From the NCBI GenBank assembly GCA_049964835.1, contig JBMFWW010000009.1, positions 1 to 21,934 of the forward strand: a stretch of 21,934 nt of DNA, written 5' to 3'. Below are positions 17,418-21,934 of the stretch, one piece after another. This DNA comes from Candidatus Micrarchaeia archaeon (GTDB lineage Archaea; Micrarchaeota; Micrarchaeia; Micrarchaeales; CABMGC01). A program made the position numbers and the translations under genes. A model generated the notes under the pieces. It saw nothing but the letters and a program-made list of their open reading frames with translations, did no database searches and was not told the DNA's origin. Every line of letters starts with the position of its first letter. Positions within the stretch are counted from its first letter, which is position 1.

Positions 17418-17912
17418 TTATGAAGTAGATTTTAACGTATTTACAAAATTTACTACTGCTACTGCTTTTTCATCTGCTATCTTTTGAAATATTGATTCGA
17501 TATCTTTACGAGCCTCTAGGAAACATTCAGGATCAACCTTTCTTGCCATATAAGCAAAGGCCATAGGATCTTTTGAGTAAGAAGTTCTACGTACCTCTTT
17601 TAGAATAGAACTTAATTCTTTAGCCTTTTTTCTATCCTTTCTTTTTATACTTTTTATAATTACGGCAGTAATATCCCTTTCTTTATTTGAGATACCTGAC
17701 TTTTCTGCAATATCTAGAAGTTGGGAAAGAACTTCACTTCTTTTTTTAGGATCAGTTTTGAATATATGATAACAATCTTCCGTTGCGGATATTGCCTCTT
17801 TATTTTTCTTTGTTAGTAGAGATACTTCAGATAGATAAAATAAAGGCTCTGGGCTTTGTTTTTTAATTCCTGGAGTAGTAATTGGTTTAGGGGTTTGGGT
17901 TTTAATTTCCAT
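17418..17912 (-). CDS. Hypothetical basic alpha-helical protein, 164 aa
   Basis: Uninterrupted ORF 10 nt from the next gene, with a Pro/Thr-rich N-terminus and no recognisable family. Confidence 0.65.
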   Translation of the reverse strand: MEIKTQTPKPITTPGIKKQSPEPLFYLSEVSLLTKKNKEAISATEDCYHIFKTDPKKRSEVLSQLLDIAEKSGISNKERDITAVIIKSIKRKDRKKAKELSSILKEVRRTSYSKDPMAFAYMARKVDPECFLEARKDIESIFQKIADEKAVAVVNFVNTLKSTS

Positions 17913-18053
17913 AAAAATAATTTACAATTTTTGATATTTAAGCTTAACTGTAATAGATAACTTTATGTGGAAAATTGTTTTAATTTTAGATTTAGACAAG
18001 CATTTAAATATCTTTATGCTCAGTATTAGTTTAAAATTAAACTAGATGATTTT

Positions 18054-19067
18054 CTGAACAACAAGTATAGCAAAGATAATAGGGCAAGATACGACATACA
18101 AGTAGAAAATCTTATTAAAAAATTTAAGGACTTTGTAGCAGTAGATAAAATAACATTTAAGGTCCATTCTGGAGAGATATTTGGTTTGCTTGGACCTAAT
18201 GGTGCGGGCAAAACGACAACTATAAAAATGCTTACCACACTAATAGAAACGACCTCTGGAACTGCAAACGTTGCAGGTTACAACATAAGAAAGCAGAAAG
18301 GTTTAGTAAGAAAAAACATAGGAATTGTATTCCAGGATCCTTCTCTTGATGATAAGCTTACTGGAAAGGAGAATTTAGTTTTCCATGGATTATTATACGG
18401 ATTAGACAACAAGATTATGGAACAGCGAATCTCATCCGTTTTAAAACTTGTAGAATTAGAAGATAAAAAAGACATATTAGTTGAAAATTATTCTGGGGGT
18501 ATGAAAAGACGATTAGAGATAGCAAGAGGTTTAATGCATCAGCCAAAAGTTATATTTTTAGATGAACCTACAGTAGGGCTTGATCCACAAACAAGAAGAA
18601 AGATATGGGATTACATAACAGAGCTAAATAAAAAACATAAAACAACAATAATACTAACTACTCACTACATAGAAGAGGCTGATTTTCTTTGTAATAGGGT
18701 TGCGTTCATAGATCGTGGACGAATTGTAGCTTTAGACACTCCTGAAAAATTAAAAGATAACATGGGCGGAGATATAATTACGTTAAGAGTCAATGGAGCG
18801 GTTGATAAAACTGTTTTTAGAAATATAAAATTTATTAAAAGTATAAAGATTTTAAATAACGCAATAGAGCTAACTGTTGATGAAGGAGAAACTAAAATGA
18901 TTAGTATTTTAGATTTAGCAAAAAAGAACAATCTTAAAGTATACTCTGTAAGTTTGAGAAAACCAAGTCTTGAAGATGTTTTTATAAAAATTACAAAGAG
19001 TACAATTAGAGAAGAGGGAGGCAGTTCAAAAGATAAAATGAGAATGATGAGGGGAAGAATGAGATGA
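18054..19067 (+). CDS. ABC transporter ATP-binding protein, DrrA/ABC-2 exporter type (probable CTG start)
   Basis: Walker A GPNGAGKTT, signature YSGGMKRR, Walker B IFLDEPT, H-loop TTHY and C-terminal PSLEDVF. The frame is open from 18030 and the conserved IQVENLIKKF...AVDKITF lies upstream of TTG 18186. Confidence 0.9.
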   Translation: MNNKYSKDNRARYDIQVENLIKKFKDFVAVDKITFKVHSGEIFGLLGPNGAGKTTTIKMLTTLIETTSGTANVAGYNIRKQKGLVRKNIGIVFQDPSLDDKLTGKENLVFHGLLYGLDNKIMEQRISSVLKLVELEDKKDILVENYSGGMKRRLEIARGLMHQPKVIFLDEPTVGLDPQTRRKIWDYITELNKKHKTTIILTTHYIEEADFLCNRVAFIDRGRIVALDTPEKLKDNMGGDIITLRVNGAVDKTVFRNIKFIKSIKILNNAIELTVDEGETKMISILDLAKKNNLKVYSVSLRKPSLEDVFIKITKSTIREEGGSSKDKMRMMRGRMR

Positions 19068-19822
19068 TAGAGAGTAAGGCAATTTATGTAATATGGCTAA
19101 GAGAAATTAAACGTTTCATTAGAGCTAAATCTAGAGTAATTGGAATGGTAGTGATGCCACTACTTTTCCTTGTAGGATTAGGTTATGGCTTTAACAACCT
19201 TATTGTGCTAAAGGGCTCATTTGATTACTTTGATTTTCTTGTTCCTGGTATAATAGGTATGACACTTTTATTCACAAGTATAAACAACGGAGCTTCTATA
19301 ATATGGGATAAGGAGTTTGGATTTTTAAAGGAGATAATGGTAACTCCAAATTCTAGAACTTCTATAGCATTAGGAAAAATAATTGGCGGTGCAACTATAG
19401 CTTTAATACAAGGTATTCTAGTAATGATAATAAGTATACTTTTAGGATTTTCCTTTAGCTTAACATACCTTGTGTTGCTATCTGTAATATTTATGCTTCT
19501 TATATCTATAACATTTATAAGTTTAGGTTTAGCTATTGGATCTTTCATGAGTGATTTCCAAGGCTTTGGAATTGTCATGCAGTTCATAGCATTTCCTTTA
19601 TTCTTTCTTTCTGGAGCATTGGTACCTGTAGGAGAGCTTCCTAACATGCTTAAGTATGTTGCATATGCTAATCCATTAACATATGGAGTAGATGGTTTAA
19701 GAGCTGTCTTATTAGGTAGCTCCTCTTTTAGTATAGGAATAGACATATTAGCCATAGGAATTTCTGCTTGCGGAATGGTAGTTGTATGTGCTTGGGCATT
19801 TAGTAAAGGAAATATAACATAA
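19064..19822 (+). CDS. ABC-2 type transporter permease (DrrB-like)
   Basis: Six TM segments with DFLVPG, DKEFGFLKEIMVTP, FLSGAL-x-P and NPLTYGVDGLR. ATGA overlap with the ATPase. Confidence 0.92.
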   Translation: MIESKAIYVIWLREIKRFIRAKSRVIGMVVMPLLFLVGLGYGFNNLIVLKGSFDYFDFLVPGIIGMTLLFTSINNGASIIWDKEFGFLKEIMVTPNSRTSIALGKIIGGATIALIQGILVMIISILLGFSFSLTYLVLLSVIFMLLISITFISLGLAIGSFMSDFQGFGIVMQFIAFPLFFLSGALVPVGELPNMLKYVAYANPLTYGVDGLRAVLLGSSSFSIGIDILAIGISACGMVVVCAWAFSKGNIT

Positions 19823-19859
19823 TGTTTTATAATTTAAGTTAGAAATATAATATGATTTT

Positions 19860-20456
19860 ATGTACGCAGCGTGGAGCATAGGAGATAAAGCACCCGAAAT
19901 TAAAGCAAATACTTGGTTTCCAGAAGCAAAGAAAATAAAGGAATTTAAGCTATCTGATTACAAAGGCAAATGGATAATCTTAGCCTTTTACCCTGGCGAC
20001 TTTACATTTGTATGCGCAACTGATATAGAAGCGTTCATGTCGAATTATGATGAATTCAAAAAGAATGGAGCAGAAATAATGGCTATAAGCACAGATAGCG
20101 TATACTCTCACAAAGCTTGGAGTGAAACCTCACCAAGAGTTAAAGAAAGTAAAATACCATTAATAGAAGACTTCAATAAGAAAATTTCTTCAGATTATGG
20201 CTTTATAAATACAGAAACAGGAGCAGCAAGAAGAGGTACTATAATAATAGATCCTGATGGAAATGTTCAGTACTTCTCAATACATAATGATGCATTAGGT
20301 AAAGATGCTGATCATATATTTACCGCATTTATGGCACTTAAATATATTAGAGACACTCCAGCATCAGAGGGACATATCTGTGCAATACCTGCAAACTGGA
20401 GGCTTGGAAAACGCGCACTGGATATTGATATAGTTAATGACATAGGCAAACTTTAA
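19860..20456 (+). CDS. Peroxiredoxin (AhpC/Prx1-like)
   Basis: FYPGDFTFVC (PxxxTxxC), ISTDS-x2-SH-x-AW, RG-x-IIID-x-DG and C-terminal C-x-x-PANW. TGATTTT precedes the ATG. Confidence 0.92.
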   Translation: MYAAWSIGDKAPEIKANTWFPEAKKIKEFKLSDYKGKWIILAFYPGDFTFVCATDIEAFMSNYDEFKKNGAEIMAISTDSVYSHKAWSETSPRVKESKIPLIEDFNKKISSDYGFINTETGAARRGTIIIDPDGNVQYFSIHNDALGKDADHIFTAFMALKYIRDTPASEGHICAIPANWRLGKRALDIDIVNDIGKL

Positions 20457-20516
20457 ACAAAAAGCAAAAACTAGGTGCCGCATAAGATTTTTATAATTAA
20501 TAATAGTTAATATACT

Positions 20517-21476
20517 ATGAATCAAGAGAATATCTACGAAAACAAAACATTGAGTATATTGCTTACTACCTTTTCTATAATTCTTTTAGCAGGCGGTATC
20601 CTAAACCTTAGTTTTTTTTCAACTCAGTATGGACTCGGGGCCGGAGCTTTGCTTGTAAGCGGTGCGTACAATAAAACTGTTATTCCACTACTTAGCTATG
20701 AAGCTTCTCAAACCTCATTTTTTTCAGAAGCATTACTTGAAACATATATTATAATAATTATAGGTTTTGTACTCTTTGTGACTTCGTTTATATTATGGTT
20801 GCATAGGCAAAATGGCTATGAAAGATATCTTAGAATATATGTGCCATTGCATATAATTCTAGTTTTTGTATATACGATGCTTCTTTTTATAGTATATTCT
20901 GCATTTAACTTCAATGACTATACCCTAACATTAGATTTGATATATTTATCCATATTAGGAACTTTGCTTATTGATTCTTATATAGGATACAAAAATTATA
21001 TTAAAAATAATAAAATATTTTCAAATGTTGGAATAAATCCAAATAAACCTTACTCCAATATAATAAATTTGAAGGAAAAAATATTTTCAAATCTTAATGG
21101 AGATGTCTGTATTGTTGATAAGCATTTTAATTCAAAAGCAATTGAAAATCTCTATAGACTAGTTTCAGATAATAAAAATATCAAGGCATTGACCGTCATA
21201 ACATCTAACGAAATGCTTGATTCATCATTTACAAAGGATTATAGAGATCTTAAGAACGAGTTGCTTGCATCAAATATTATTTTTGATGTGAAGATAATGA
21301 ATGATGGTGATTCTGTTCAACAACATGAAAGATTTATATTTGATTCTGAGAAAGCATACAAAATACCTCCTTTAAATATAATAAATAAAAAAAGTGAACA
21401 TATAGTAAAAATAAGTAGAAGAGAGGCTTCTAAAAGATTTGAAGAGTTAATATTAAAATCAAAAAAGGTAGATTAG
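20517..21476 (+). CDS. Four-TM membrane protein with C-terminal PLD-like (MIT_C / HDR-type) domain
   Basis: Four hydrophobic segments in residues about 10-160, followed by a soluble domain with VCIVDKHF, LTVIT and QHERFIFD. This resembles the I-x-D-P-Y...H-D-R-F-I pattern of single-motif PLD-fold domains. Confidence 0.6.
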   Translation: MNQENIYENKTLSILLTTFSIILLAGGILNLSFFSTQYGLGAGALLVSGAYNKTVIPLLSYEASQTSFFSEALLETYIIIIIGFVLFVTSFILWLHRQNGYERYLRIYVPLHIILVFVYTMLLFIVYSAFNFNDYTLTLDLIYLSILGTLLIDSYIGYKNYIKNNKIFSNVGINPNKPYSNIINLKEKIFSNLNGDVCIVDKHFNSKAIENLYRLVSDNKNIKALTVITSNEMLDSSFTKDYRDLKNELLASNIIFDVKIMNDGDSVQQHERFIFDSEKAYKIPPLNIINKKSEHIVKISRREASKRFEELILKSKKVD

Positions 21477-21643
21477 TTCGACAAATTCTCTTTGAAAAAG
21501 GTTAGTAATATATTCCATGCTGACTTTGAAGCATTTTCATTGTACATTTGCTTTCTTGAATCATTGAAGAATGCGTGATGCACCCCGGAGTATACAGTTA
21601 AATATAGTTTTTCATAACTTTTGTTTATTTTTAGTCAGTTCAT
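21473..21643 (-). pseudogene. Dienelactone hydrolase family C-terminal remnant
   Basis: Minus strand reads M N * L K I N K S Y E K L Y L T V Y S G V H H A F F N D S R K Q M Y N E N A S K S A W N I L L T F F K E N L S N *. This matches the Y-x-G-x2-H-A-F-x-N...Y...AW...FF C-terminus of dienelactone hydrolases. There is no room for the N-terminal part. Not in the ORF track. Confidence 0.75.
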
Positions 21644-21698
21644 TTGATTAAGTATTTATATGAAAAATGATATATTAAATAAATATTAAGGATATTGA

Positions 21699-21934
21699 AT
21701 GAAAAAATTTGAAAAAAAGGTAGAGGACTTTACATGCTTTAATTGCGGTTCTTTTGTTAAAGGTAACGGATATACTGACCATTGTCCATCTTGCCTTGCA
21801 AGCAAACATATTGACATTAATCCAGGAGATAGAAGTTCTAATTGTAATGGGTATATGATGCCGTTTAGAACAGAATACAAAAATTCTACTTTTACGATAT
21901 ACTACAAATGTAAAAAATGTAATTTAATAAAGAA
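21699..21934 (+). CDS. RNHCP-domain zinc-binding protein (truncated by window end)
   Basis: MKKFEKKVEDFTCFNCGSFVKGNGYTDHCPSCLASKHIDINPGDRSSNCNGYMMP...YKCKKC contains F-x-C-x2-CG, HCP-x-CL-x-SKH-x-D, PGDR and CxxC. Not in the ORF track. Confidence 0.85.
   Translation, partial: MKKFEKKVEDFTCFNCGSFVKGNGYTDHCPSCLASKHIDINPGDRSSNCNGYMMPFRTEYKNSTFTIYYKCKKCNLIK

Noticed and set aside
21635..21643. TGA recoding (selenocysteine or alternative genetic code) in the DLH fragment
   Set aside because: TGA is used as a normal stop in several genes here, and read-through would still give only about 56 aa lacking the nucleophile region.
541..21880. Numerous short antisense or shadow ORFs in the track (e.g. 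541..816, 696..989, 2992..3261, 8193..8735, 18026..18238, 19225..19755, 21686..21880)
   Set aside because: They lie opposite well-supported genes and show no independent family motifs.
1..21934. CRISPR array, tRNA or rRNA genes
   Set aside because: No regularly spaced direct repeats and no GC-rich structured intergenic island of suitable size were seen; all spacers are short and AT-rich.

Overview
AT-rich (roughly 30% GC by eye), gene-dense archaeal chromosomal segment. The archaeal call rests on the archaeal-type SecY, proteasome beta next to aCPSF1/FttA, and a single-TRAM protein. A small-genome, acidophile-like DPANN (Micrarchaeota-type) origin is inferred, not proven. Housekeeping genes: ppa-V4R protein-secY (minus strand), pyrG, TRAM-psmB-aCPSF1 and pyk. 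Accessory genes: two tandem Wzx/MOP flippases divergent from a large GT-C-like membrane protein, a DrrAB-like ABC-2 exporter, a peroxiredoxin, a membrane-anchored PLD-like (HxR) protein, two paralogous orphan helical proteins, a dienelactone hydrolase remnant and an RNHCP zinc-finger protein running off the end. The most unusual region is the first 1 kb. It holds a 96-aa protein with an 11-Cys CxC/Gly-rich tail (metallothionein-like or RiPP-precursor-like). Upstream of it is a three-part mosaic: a transposase-like fragment, a diverged copy of the Cys-rich tail, and a headless CxxC thioredoxin-like domain, the last two joined at an apparent microhomology. The ABC ATPase has no canonical start upstream of its conserved N-terminus. 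It appears to start at CTG behind the same TGATTTT element that precedes four ATG starts here. No rRNA, tRNA or CRISPR array was seen.
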